64,000 nucleotides of DNA from Candidatus Binatia bacterium (GTDB taxonomy: Bacteria > Desulfobacterota > Binatia > UBA9968), in contig DASUVS010000010.1 of assembly GCA_036378835.1 (NCBI GenBank), forward strand, positions 1,308 through 65,307, given 5' to 3'. Every line of letters starts with the position of its first letter. Positions within the stretch are counted from its first letter, which is position 1. Below the pieces are notes generated by a model. It was given only the letters and a program-made list of their open reading frames with translations. It was not told where the DNA came from and ran no database searches. The translations under genes and the position numbers were made by a program. This document shows positions 27,423-36,055 of this stretch, one piece after another.

Positions 27423-28274
27423 TTAGTTTTGTGACGCGATTTCCCAGCAGTTGGTGCCAGGGTCTCGAAAAAAGAAGGAATTTGACGAGCTGTTCTCATC
27501 GATCGGGAACAACTCAGTGACACCTAGACTGTCTCCCTGTTCCGAGAACAGGCGATGTGCCTTTTTGACCGCTTCGTTCGATTTGACGCTCAAAGTATTG
27601 CGAAAGTTGGGCGAGAAAACTTTGAACTCCTTGCGCTCGGCACAAACGATGTATGTTTTGGTATCTGGATGCTTGACGTAAATCACATGGTCGTTGGCTT
27701 GATGAACCTCCAAGCTCAACACTTCGGTGTAAAATCTACGATTGACGTTCATGTCGCGCGCTACCAGCGTACCGTGAGTAAATCCCTGAGGAACATAGCC
27801 TCGGCCTGGAAAACGCTCTTCCGGGAATGGGCTCGTCCAGTGCGGGCCGCGCACGCCGCCTGCTTTTGCTTTGGCCGATTCTTTGCGGTTTACGACTTCA
27901 TAAGATTCGATTTCCCAGCCATTGGTTCCCGGCTCAACGAAGTAGCAGGAGTATGATCCGTGATTCCATAGAGGCTTGCCGATAGCGCCCAATTTGTACT
28001 GAGCCTTATGCGCGTTTAGATATTCGTAAGCCCTGTCGACTTCGTCGATGGACGCCACGCGCACCCCCCAATGATTATGCATCTGTTTGGTCGGCGCATC
28101 CGGACCGGCCTCATGAAGAAACAGCAGCCAGTGCGTGTTTGGATGCTTCAGTATCGCTTCACCCGCCTTCTCGGCAATCTTTTCAAAAGCCAGAAGATCG
28201 ATCAGCACAGCCATGGATTCTCGCAAATTGCGGCATTCCATGTGAGTTGCCGAAAGCGCGATGGGCTTGATCAT
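27423..28274 (-). CDS. VOC (glyoxalase / extradiol dioxygenase) family protein, two-domain
   Basis: Two VOC repeats. The ATG at 28274 is preceded by AGGAGAGAAGGG; the ATG at 28325 has no Shine-Dalgarno sequence. Confidence 0.8.
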   Translation of the reverse strand: MIKPIALSATHMECRNLRESMAVLIDLLAFEKIAEKAGEAILKHPNTHWLLFLHEAGPDAPTKQMHNHWGVRVASIDEVDRAYEYLNAHKAQYKLGAIGKPLWNHGSYSCYFVEPGTNGWEIESYEVVNRKESAKAKAGGVRGPHWTSPFPEERFPGRGYVPQGFTHGTLVARDMNVNRRFYTEVLSLEVHQANDHVIYVKHPDTKTYIVCAERKEFKVFSPNFRNTLSVKSNEAVKKAHRLFSEQGDSLGVTELFPIDENSSSNSFFFRDPGTNCWEIASQN

Positions 28275-28522
28275 GCCCTTCTCTCCTGTGGATTCCATTT
28301 GATCGCTCGTTGCCTTACCAAACATGTTTATGAAAATTTACAGCGGTATGACTACCCTGTCAAACGAGGGATTCCCGAGCGATTCCAAATGGCTCATGCT
28401 GTTAAGCGAAGCACCCACGGTTCTGATGACCGTGCGGTAAGTCATCCCGAGCATACCGGTTGCTTCAGTATTCAACCATCACTCGCACCACTGGACTGTT
28501 CATCCCGTGAAGAACAATCAGC

Positions 28523-28551
28523 TTGACACAAAGTTTTCTTTTCCATAGATT
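28523..28551 (+). promoter_or_regulatory. Candidate sigma70 promoter of the binding-protein genes
   Basis: TTGACA (28523-28528), 17 nt, TAGATT (28546-28551). Confidence 0.5.
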
Positions 28552-28581
28552 CCGCGCAGCTTGGCGGTGAGAGGGGGCAGC

Positions 28582-29610
28582 ATGAGGTTGCTATTCCGGG
28601 GGGCAGTTCTGATCATGATTTGTGTTCTGCCAAACGCGCCGGCAGCGACGTTCGCGCAAGAATCCTTTTACCAGGGGAAAACCATCCGCATTATCGTCGG
28701 CACTTCGGCCGGCGGCGGCTTCGACGCCTACACGCGGACCTTGGCGCGCCATTTCGGCAAACATATTCCGGGTCAGCCCGCAGTCGTAGTGGAGAACATG
28801 CCCGGCGCCGGCCACCTGATTGCCGCCAATCATATGTATAACGTCGCAAAACCGGATGGGCTCACCATCGGCCATTTTCATGGAGGCTGGTTTCTCTATC
28901 AGCTTTTCAAGCGCTCAGGACTCGAATTCGACGCTACGAAATACGAATTTCTCGGATCGCCGATCAGGGAAACCCGCGCTTGCGCCCTTACCAAGGCAAG
29001 CGGTATCACCAGCGTAGAGCGATGGCTGGCGGCCAAAACGCCGGTGAAGATCGGCGGTATCGGTGGCGGCGCTCCTGATGACATCGCGCGTATGCTTGCC
29101 GCGACCACGGCACTGCCGGTCCAACTCGTTGCCGGTTACAAAGGAACATCGGAGATTCGGCTGGCGGCCGAGAGCGGGGAACTCGCCGGCGGCTGCTGGA
29201 CGTGGGATTCGATTCGCTCGACGTGGAGTAAAGGGATCCAAAGCGGTGAAGCGGTCGTCGTGCTCCAGCTCGTATCTAAACCACACCGCGACCTGCCTAA
29301 GGTACCGCTAGCCCAAAATCTCGCGATTTCGGAAGAAGCGCGCCAGCTGCTCAAGGCCGGCATCCAGGACACCGCGGAGTTCTATCGTCCGTACGTGGCG
29401 CCGCCGCGCACCCCCAAGCAGCGGATCGAGACTCTGCGCCAAGCTTTCGACGCGACGATGAAAGACGGCGAATTTCTCGCGGATGCGCAAAAAGCTAACC
29501 TCGAGATTGAACCGATTACCGGGCAGGAGATGGAACGGCTGGTATCGGGTATCTTCAAGCTGGATCCGGCATTGGCGGCCAAGCTCAAAAGTATTTTGAA
29601 TCCAAGCTAA
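28582..29610 (+). CDS. Periplasmic solute-binding protein, Bug/TctC (tripartite tricarboxylate receptor) family
   Basis: Signal peptide. Motifs KTIRIIVGTSAGGGFDAYTR, VVVENMPGAG and PDGLTIG. The ATG at 28582 is preceded by GAGGGGG. Confidence 0.75.
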   Translation: MRLLFRGAVLIMICVLPNAPAATFAQESFYQGKTIRIIVGTSAGGGFDAYTRTLARHFGKHIPGQPAVVVENMPGAGHLIAANHMYNVAKPDGLTIGHFHGGWFLYQLFKRSGLEFDATKYEFLGSPIRETRACALTKASGITSVERWLAAKTPVKIGGIGGGAPDDIARMLAATTALPVQLVAGYKGTSEIRLAAESGELAGGCWTWDSIRSTWSKGIQSGEAVVVLQLVSKPHRDLPKVPLAQNLAISEEARQLLKAGIQDTAEFYRPYVAPPRTPKQRIETLRQAFDATMKDGEFLADAQKANLEIEPITGQEMERLVSGIFKLDPALAAKLKSILNPS

Positions 29611-29656
29611 CGCGCCATCGTTCATAAACATTACGTCGTATCCGGAGGGAGGGTCT

Positions 29657-30682
29657 ATGCAGAAATTACTGCTCGCGCTATCGATGGTGCTTCTCGGCGG
29701 TTTCGCCGCCGAATCGGATCACGCATTGGCGCAGGCAAATTTTTTTGAGGGCAAAGCCATCCGGTTAGTCGTCGGCTTCACCGCAGGCGGCGGCTACGAC
29801 GCCTACACCCGGACCCTCGCCCGTCATATGGGGAAGCATATCCCGGGAAATCCCAGCATGATCGTCGAAAATATGCCTGGCGCCGGCAGCATGATTTCAG
29901 CAAACTACACCTTTAAAGCCGCGCGGCCGGACGGGCTTACCATCGGCCATTTCATTGGTGGGCTCTTTCTTCAGCAGCTGCTAGGCAAACCGGGGATTGA
30001 ATTCGACGCCGCTAAGTTTCAGTTCGTCGGCGTTCCCGCCCAAGACAACTTCGTTATCGGATTAGCCAAGTCCACCGGCATCACAGACGTCGAATCCTGG
30101 ATGGCATCCAAACAGGTGGTGAAATTCGGCGGGGTCGCCTCGGGGTCCGGCTCCGACGATTTCCCGAACATCCTCAAAGCGACGCTTGGCCTGCCGATTC
30201 AACTTGTCTCCGGCTACAAAGGCACGGCCGACGTTCGTCTCGCGTTCAACAGCGGCGAAGTTGCCGGCCTCAGCAACTCCTGGGAATCGACCAAGTCGAC
30301 GTGGCGCAAGGAGCTGGACAGCGGCGAATTGAAGCTGATACTTCAGGCAACGCTCAAGCCGCATCCCGAACATGCGAAGCTGCCGATGGCGCTCAACTAT
30401 GCGAAGACCGAAGAGGCGAAGAGACTGATCTCAACGGTCGCGCGCGTGCACGGCCCTACGGTGCGGCCGTACGTGCTGCCGCCCAATACGCCGGCGGATC
30501 GAGTGCAGACACTGCGCCAGGCATTCATGGCGACGATGAAAGACCCGGAGTTTCTCGCGGAAGCCAAAAAGGCCAACCTAGACATCAATCCCGAAGACGG
30601 CGCGACCCTCGAGCAAAACGTCAAGGAGATTCTGCAACTCGAGCCTGCTCTCGTCGCCAAATTGAAAGAGTTTCTGAAGTAG
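29657..30682 (+). CDS. Periplasmic solute-binding protein, Bug/TctC family (tandem paralogue)
   Basis: By eye about 55-60% identical to the upstream gene (KAIRLVVGFTAGGGYDAYTR, IVENMPGAG, PDGLTIG). Signal peptide. GGAGGGAGGG as Shine-Dalgarno sequence. Confidence 0.75.
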   Translation: MQKLLLALSMVLLGGFAAESDHALAQANFFEGKAIRLVVGFTAGGGYDAYTRTLARHMGKHIPGNPSMIVENMPGAGSMISANYTFKAARPDGLTIGHFIGGLFLQQLLGKPGIEFDAAKFQFVGVPAQDNFVIGLAKSTGITDVESWMASKQVVKFGGVASGSGSDDFPNILKATLGLPIQLVSGYKGTADVRLAFNSGEVAGLSNSWESTKSTWRKELDSGELKLILQATLKPHPEHAKLPMALNYAKTEEAKRLISTVARVHGPTVRPYVLPPNTPADRVQTLRQAFMATMKDPEFLAEAKKANLDINPEDGATLEQNVKEILQLEPALVAKLKEFLK

Positions 30683-30811
30683 CTGGACATACGAGAAGAA
30701 AAAGCGCTCGGAACGGTTCTCCGTGCTAACAGCCCGACGGTGCGCCTGTTATTTGTCACGCACCAGACCATCGCATGCGCTCGAGCTTCTTGAATGCCTA
30801 GAGGAGGTCTT

Positions 30812-31030
30812 ATGAAAGTCAGCGTGGACAGAACCAAGTGTGAAGGGTACGCAAGATGCGTGCAGGCAGCCCCTAAAGTTTTTCAGCTGGATAACAAGAT
30901 GATCGCTGAAGTTGTTGATCTCCAGGGCGATAGTGATGACAAGATCCTTCTTGCCGCCAGGCTGTGTCCTACCAAAGCGATTGCCGTGGAGGAGGAAGGA
31001 ACGGGTAAGAAGCTGTTTCCGGTAGAATGA
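30812..31030 (+). CDS. Small single-cluster ferredoxin (3Fe-4S/4Fe-4S, P450-partner type)
   Basis: MKVSVDRTKCEGYARCVQAAP...RLCPTKAI. The ATG at 30812 is preceded by GGAGG. Confidence 0.8.
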   Translation: MKVSVDRTKCEGYARCVQAAPKVFQLDNKMIAEVVDLQGDSDDKILLAARLCPTKAIAVEEEGTGKKLFPVE

Positions 31031-31081
31031 CGCGTCATGCGGAAATAGATGCTTGGAGCGCTGAAGCACGGCAGCCCGGGA

Positions 31082-31804
31082 CTACGGCAACTCCGATAGC
31101 AGACGGCCGTAGCCGCTGCGCGGAACCCTGACATGGAGACGTCTCTGAATCTCCCAACATTGCGTCACGCCGGGATGGATCACCGGCACGCCCAAATCCT
31201 GCTCTAGCTCTTCGACAATATCGAGAATGCGTAGCTTGCCGCCTTGAAAGTAGATGCCATCCGCATCCGGATGACGAAGAAACAAACGTTTGGCTTGGAA
31301 ATAAATGTCCTTCGACGAAAGCCGGCCGACTTCTTCCCAAGGTCCCGGGAGCTTTCCGAGTTCGAGAACTTCGAACCCGGCGTCGGTGAAATATTTCGCC
31401 ACGATGCTGGTATCATCGAAGTCATAGCCGATGCCGACAAACTTCTTGATCTTCAGCGCTTTCATCGCGGCGACCTGATTTGTGCCGGAAGTAAAAATAG
31501 GAATGCCGAATCGTCGTTCCCATCGCTGGATGATTTCCGCTTCGCCTTTGTAACCTAGCAGCATAAACGGCGGCGTGCCCGCCGGATGAATCAAATCGAC
31601 TTGGTCTTGAGCGAGTTCAGCGATTTTCTCTTCGTAAGCGGGAATGGCGCTTTGGAACTCTTCAATTTTGCCGTGGCGAACATTGTTAAACAGAGGAATG
31701 ACTCCGATACCGTCGGGCAGCATTTTGATTAATTCAACCAATGATCCCGAACCTTTGGTCGGCTTGATCATTCCAACCATACCGCGCCAGCAATCGTAAG
31801 GCAT
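31082..31804 (-). CDS. Asp/Glu-racemase superfamily protein (maleate isomerase / arylmalonate decarboxylase-like)
   Basis: 240-aa two-lobe racemase-like pattern (GMIKPT..., PIFTSGT, GVPVIHPGVTQCWE). GGAGAG as Shine-Dalgarno sequence. Confidence 0.65.
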   Translation of the reverse strand: MPYDCWRGMVGMIKPTKGSGSLVELIKMLPDGIGVIPLFNNVRHGKIEEFQSAIPAYEEKIAELAQDQVDLIHPAGTPPFMLLGYKGEAEIIQRWERRFGIPIFTSGTNQVAAMKALKIKKFVGIGYDFDDTSIVAKYFTDAGFEVLELGKLPGPWEEVGRLSSKDIYFQAKRLFLRHPDADGIYFQGGKLRILDIVEELEQDLGVPVIHPGVTQCWEIQRRLHVRVPRSGYGRLLSELP

Positions 31805-31913
31805 AAATATCTCTCCGAGTTTGTTAGAGTTTGGTCACCTAGTCTTTCTGTAAATCCTTGCATCGGGAGCACTTAATTCCGGACTCCGCATAGAGATGAA
31901 CACCAGATGAGAG

Positions 31914-32081
31914 TCGAGGGCGAGCCTGAGGAGCGAAGGCATAGAAGCGAATAGTTCCAATGCCGGGTATGGTGCTTGGTCCGGAATGACAACTTCCTCA
32001 GGCGTTCGCTAAAGCACTGGAGCTTGCAGTCTCGCTATCAGCCGGCACCTATTGTCTTCGCTCCGCAGGGCTTGCCCTCGA
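31914..32081. repeat. Long imperfect inverted repeat / ~168-nt hairpin inside a 617-bp ORF-free spacer
   Basis: Arm 31914-31938 pairs with arm 32056-32081: 13 bp including one G-T wobble, a small internal loop, then 9 bp. Inner helices AATAG/CTATT and TGCCGG/CCGGCA extend the stem. Confidence 0.8.
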
Positions 32082-32421
32082 TTTCCTGTGTACTCCGCGT
32101 TGATAGCTCAGGCTTATTCGAAGATCTCGCCACCCATTTAAACCGCACAAGTCGGCTCAGATGCACAGGTAGGTGAACCGTTCGCCGAGCGACAACCTGC
32201 TTTCGCCGAACTAAGGCTGCGCGAGACCTATCGGGATCTCGCTACACGGAGCGCTTGCATCGGGCATCTAGAAAAACTTACTTCAAACGAGTCTTCGGCT
32301 TCGCCATCGCCACTGATTCTGATCACAAGAGGCCGAAGGTTTTCGACTTCGCGATACGTTCGATGACAGCGGTGATGCTGCACTCTTTCGCCGCATTCGA
32401 TCTTTACTCATCGGCTCGGAT

Positions 32422-33810
32422 TTAAATGCAAACGGTTTTTGCTTCATGAGTCAACTTAGGCTTCAAAGTGTTGCGAGTCTCAGCTCTAAGCTTCCAGCCG
32501 ATTCCCCCCAAGAGAAGCAGACATGCCAGCAGCGTACTCCCGGCCGCCTGCACAGCCCGAAAAGCAGCCAGCGGAAACGTGAAGCAAAGAAAGAGAACGC
32601 TTACGAAGAACCAGCTCCAGCCTGCGATCCGCTGCAACGATCCCTGCGGCGCGCGCAATACGATACACAGGGCCACGACCAACGGATAGAGAAGCCATAC
32701 AAAAAAATAGGTGAACGCAAGAGGCGTGAAAATCAGGATCAACAAAAGAAGCATGGCGTACTCAAGCGCATCCGACTCTTTCGTCCGTTCTGGGTAAGAC
32801 GGCATGCAGAATAAGTAAAACACGCACAGCGCGGTTCCGACCAACACGACCACGATCGTGACATACTTAAAATCTAAGTCTGCAATATTAACGAACAGTT
32901 GTTGATCCTGCTTGCGGTGAGCGTTGACGGGACGGAGCAGCCGGTGGGCGACCGCAACCAGAGAGTGATTGGCCCAGCTAAATCCGCGCTGCTCACGCTG
33001 CGAGATCGACTGATTGTCGTAGCGGAACATTCCCGAAGTCCAGGTATTAAGGTCCTCAAGATTGCGCTCGAAGCCACGAAACGGCGAAGGAAGCGCAACC
33101 ACAAGCAAGAACAGAAATACCGAAGCCGAAAGAGTAGCTTTCCAGTGTCTTCGATATATTAAATAGCCGATGGCGAGCACGGGAAAGGCCTTGATCGCGG
33201 TGGCGAGCGCCACCAGAGCTCCGGCACTCCATTCCCTACCGCTGCGCAAGCAGGCGAAAGCGCCAAGCATGAACGCAAGGAGAAGCAGGTTGGGTTGCCC
33301 GAGGATATAATTTTCTGTCACGTAGGGAAGAGAACAGATCCCCGGCAGGAGGTAGAGTATAGATTGCGCGCGCGCGGCGTTGCCGGTAACCAGGGACACC
33401 GACAATAACGAGGACGCGACCCATGCAACCGAGTACAAGAGCACCAGAACGATGATCAGCGGCAGCTCTCCGAAATAGCTCGGAATCGCGAAAAGCACCG
33501 CGGCCGTGGGAGGATACATGAATTGGAATGTTCCGTCGCCTCTCGGCGCGTAAATATCGCCACCCTTCAGCACCGTCTCTCCGATCAAAAACCATTTGGC
33601 ATAATCTTTAGTGCTGCCGCGGAAATAATTGTTGATTGACAAGAACGCGAGAACCGTGATGGTGATAGCAAAGAAGACGACAACGGCTTTAGGGAGTTGC
33701 ACGTCGGCAAATCGGTAGGCGTTGAACTTTTCCCGGGACTTCAGATCGTTGGCTTTCAACTTTGCAGAGTGAGTACCGATATCAGTAAGCGGCGACTTCC
33801 TGAACGACAC
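32422..33810 (-). CDS. Polytopic membrane glycosyltransferase-like protein (GT87/DUF2029-like)
   Basis: About 11 hydrophobic segments, FQFMYPPTAAVLF-type loop. Start is GTG 33810 (2 nt after the SDR stop) or TTG 33834. Confidence 0.55.
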   Translation of the reverse strand: MSFRKSPLTDIGTHSAKLKANDLKSREKFNAYRFADVQLPKAVVVFFAITITVLAFLSINNYFRGSTKDYAKWFLIGETVLKGGDIYAPRGDGTFQFMYPPTAAVLFAIPSYFGELPLIIVLVLLYSVAWVASSLLSVSLVTGNAARAQSILYLLPGICSLPYVTENYILGQPNLLLLAFMLGAFACLRSGREWSAGALVALATAIKAFPVLAIGYLIYRRHWKATLSASVFLFLLVVALPSPFRGFERNLEDLNTWTSGMFRYDNQSISQREQRGFSWANHSLVAVAHRLLRPVNAHRKQDQQLFVNIADLDFKYVTIVVVLVGTALCVFYLFCMPSYPERTKESDALEYAMLLLLILIFTPLAFTYFFVWLLYPLVVALCIVLRAPQGSLQRIAGWSWFFVSVLFLCFTFPLAAFRAVQAAGSTLLACLLLLGGIGWKLRAETRNTLKPKLTHEAKTVCI

Positions 33811-33812
33811 GG

Positions 33813-34559
33813 TCAGAACATGTAGGTTCCGCAATTGATGTTATAGCATTGACCGGTGATATAGGCTGCGGCATCAGTGGCGAGAAACACAACCGGTCCG
33901 GCAATGTCTTCCGGCTCCAGAACGTGCGGCAATGGGGTAGAATGCAAGCGCTGCATGACTTCCTCTTCAGATCGATGGCCACGCGGCATCGCCGTATTGG
34001 CAGAACCCGGACAGATCGCATTGACGGTGATTCCATCCGGCCCGAGCTCGCGCGCTAAGGATTTGACGAACCCGATAATCGCCGCTTTCGAGGCGGCGTA
34101 GTGCGAGAACTGTTTCATGCCGTAGTGGCCAATGCCAGAGGCCATGCTAATGATCCGGCCGCTTTTTTGCTCCCGCATGGCCGGCACGAACGCGCGACAG
34201 CAAAGAAAATTTCCACCCAGATTGATATCCAGCGTGCGATCCCAATCCGCCTCGCTCATATCGACAACCGATGATTTAAGATAAACCCCGGCATCGTTGA
34301 CCAGGATATCGATTCGACCGAAATTAGCGAACGTCGCCTCGGCCAGTTTCTTCACGGAAAGTTCATCGGCAACATTGACTTCGAACCCTGACGCGTCGCC
34401 GCCAAGTACCTTCACCTCGTCGGCAACCGAACATGCTTTTTCCGATTGCAAGTCGGCGACAACAACTCTTGCGCCCTCTCGCGCCATTCCCATGGCGATA
34501 GCCCGACCGATTCCTTGAGCCCCACCGGTTATCACCGCGACTTTGTTTTCAAGCCTCAT
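33813..34559 (-). CDS. SDR family oxidoreductase (FabG-like)
   Basis: TGGAQGIG cofactor motif and YAASK catalytic motif. ATGA overlap with the upstream SDR. Confidence 0.9.
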   Translation of the reverse strand: MRLENKVAVITGGAQGIGRAIAMGMAREGARVVVADLQSEKACSVADEVKVLGGDASGFEVNVADELSVKKLAEATFANFGRIDILVNDAGVYLKSSVVDMSEADWDRTLDINLGGNFLCCRAFVPAMREQKSGRIISMASGIGHYGMKQFSHYAASKAAIIGFVKSLARELGPDGITVNAICPGSANTAMPRGHRSEEEVMQRLHSTPLPHVLEPEDIAGPVVFLATDAAAYITGQCYNINCGTYMF

Positions 34560-35299
34560 GGCATCACCACGCCGCCGTTGACGTGAAGGGTCTGTCCGGT
34601 GATTGCGGCGCTCTCGGGTGTCGTCAGAAAATAGTACATCTCGGCGAGATCGCCGGGCTGTCCGGTTCGGCCCAATGGAATCGCCGCATACCAGCGCTCC
34701 CGTCGAGCTGCAGGAGATTCTTTTTCCATCACTCGCGGCGTATCCGTCGGACCCGGCGCCACCGTATTAACGAGAATCCCGTCCGGCGCCAATTCCAGCG
34801 CGAGACTTTTCGAAAACGTGATAATCCCTGCTTTAGCGGCGGCATAAGGCGCGCGCAGCGCCGATCCCGTTACCCCGTAGTTAGAAGCGGTATTGAGGAT
34901 TCTGCCGCTCTTTTGCTTCTGCATCACGGGAGCTACTTCACGGCACATGAGGAATGTGCCTTTTAGATTGCTGTCAATCACCTGCTTCCATTCGTTCCAG
35001 GTGAACTCCTCAATCCGCTTTGTGTAGATGCTGCCGCCGGCGATGTTGGCGAGCACGTCGATGCGCCTGTGGCGTGAAAGGACCTCAGCAACTATGGCTT
35101 TGACTTCACCTGCTTGAGTAACGTCCACAGAGAAAGCATCGGCCTTGCCGCGCGCGGCGAGGATTTCGTGCCTCACTTGCTCCGCGGCCGCCCGGTCATA
35201 ATCAGCGACGGCCACGGTGATGCCCGCCGCTGCCATCCGATGAGCGACCGCGCCGCCGATTCCACCACCTCCACCGACTATTAACGCTATCTGATCCAT
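34556..35299 (-). CDS. SDR family oxidoreductase
   Basis: GGGGGIGG cofactor motif and YAAAK catalytic motif. Confidence 0.9.
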   Translation of the reverse strand: MDQIALIVGGGGGIGGAVAHRMAAAGITVAVADYDRAAAEQVRHEILAARGKADAFSVDVTQAGEVKAIVAEVLSRHRRIDVLANIAGGSIYTKRIEEFTWNEWKQVIDSNLKGTFLMCREVAPVMQKQKSGRILNTASNYGVTGSALRAPYAAAKAGIITFSKSLALELAPDGILVNTVAPGPTDTPRVMEKESPAARRERWYAAIPLGRTGQPGDLAEMYYFLTTPESAAITGQTLHVNGGVVMP

Positions 35300-35476
35300 G
35301 CTTTTTGCTACTTCAACATTGCTTGCACGACCCTACTGATTATCTGACGTTGGCGTAAGCACCTTCGAAGTTCCCATAACCTCTTTGATGGAATTGGTGA
35401 GATAGACAAGGCGGTGGAACAAACGGTTCTTGAGCGGCCGGTCGGCTCGTTTTTCACCCCGATCGTTCCTGATTAT

Positions 35477-35917
35477 CTATGCTGCTTTTAAATCCACCGT
35501 GCAGTGAGCACAGCGGGTGGCTTTGACCGGAATGGTCGATAAGCAGTACGGGCAATCCTTTGCGGTGGGAGCCTCGGCCTCTTTTCTCTTCATGCTATTG
35601 ATCATTCGGATCAGCAGGAAGATGACGAATGCAATGATCAAAAAATAGATAACATCATTGATAAAATTACCGTAGGCAATCACCGGGACGCCTTTGGCTT
35701 TGGCGTCCTGAAGGGAGACGGGTATGCCCTTCGAACTATCGAGCACATAGAACAGGCTAGCGAAATCAACTTTGCCGAGCAGCAATCCTAGCGGCGGCAT
35801 CAGTATGCCATCTACGAGAGAGGTGACGATTTTGCCAAAAGCCGCGCCAATAATAACTGCGACTGCCAGATCAATAACGTTGCCGCGCGCGATAAATTCT
35901 TTAAATTCTTTCCACAT
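35477..35917 (-). CDS. mscL: Large-conductance mechanosensitive channel with C-terminal Cys4 ribbon
   Basis: [27 protein letters not shown] is the MscL signature. C-terminal CPYC...CAHC. GAGGAGG as Shine-Dalgarno sequence. Confidence 0.92.
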   Translation of the reverse strand: MWKEFKEFIARGNVIDLAVAVIIGAAFGKIVTSLVDGILMPPLGLLLGKVDFASLFYVLDSSKGIPVSLQDAKAKGVPVIAYGNFINDVIYFLIIAFVIFLLIRMINSMKRKEAEAPTAKDCPYCLSTIPVKATRCAHCTVDLKAA

Positions 35918-36055
35918 TTTTATTCCTCCTCAAGCCCGCCAGGTTCACTTGGATAAGCAGGTTGATGAAATTCAGAACGGGTCACGGCATATAAAGTTTA
36001 TCCGAGCAGCCCCGATAGAATTTCGTAACTATATCCTTCAGGTGACGTAGCAGTG

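Noticed and set aside
31805-32421. tRNA, tmRNA, RNase P RNA, or a decayed protein gene in the 617-bp spacer
   Set aside because: There is no T-loop GGTTCGAATCC-type motif, no tmRNA termini and no RNase P GAGGAAAGTCC box. Six-frame reading gives only short fragments (42 codons or fewer on the minus strand) without family resemblance.
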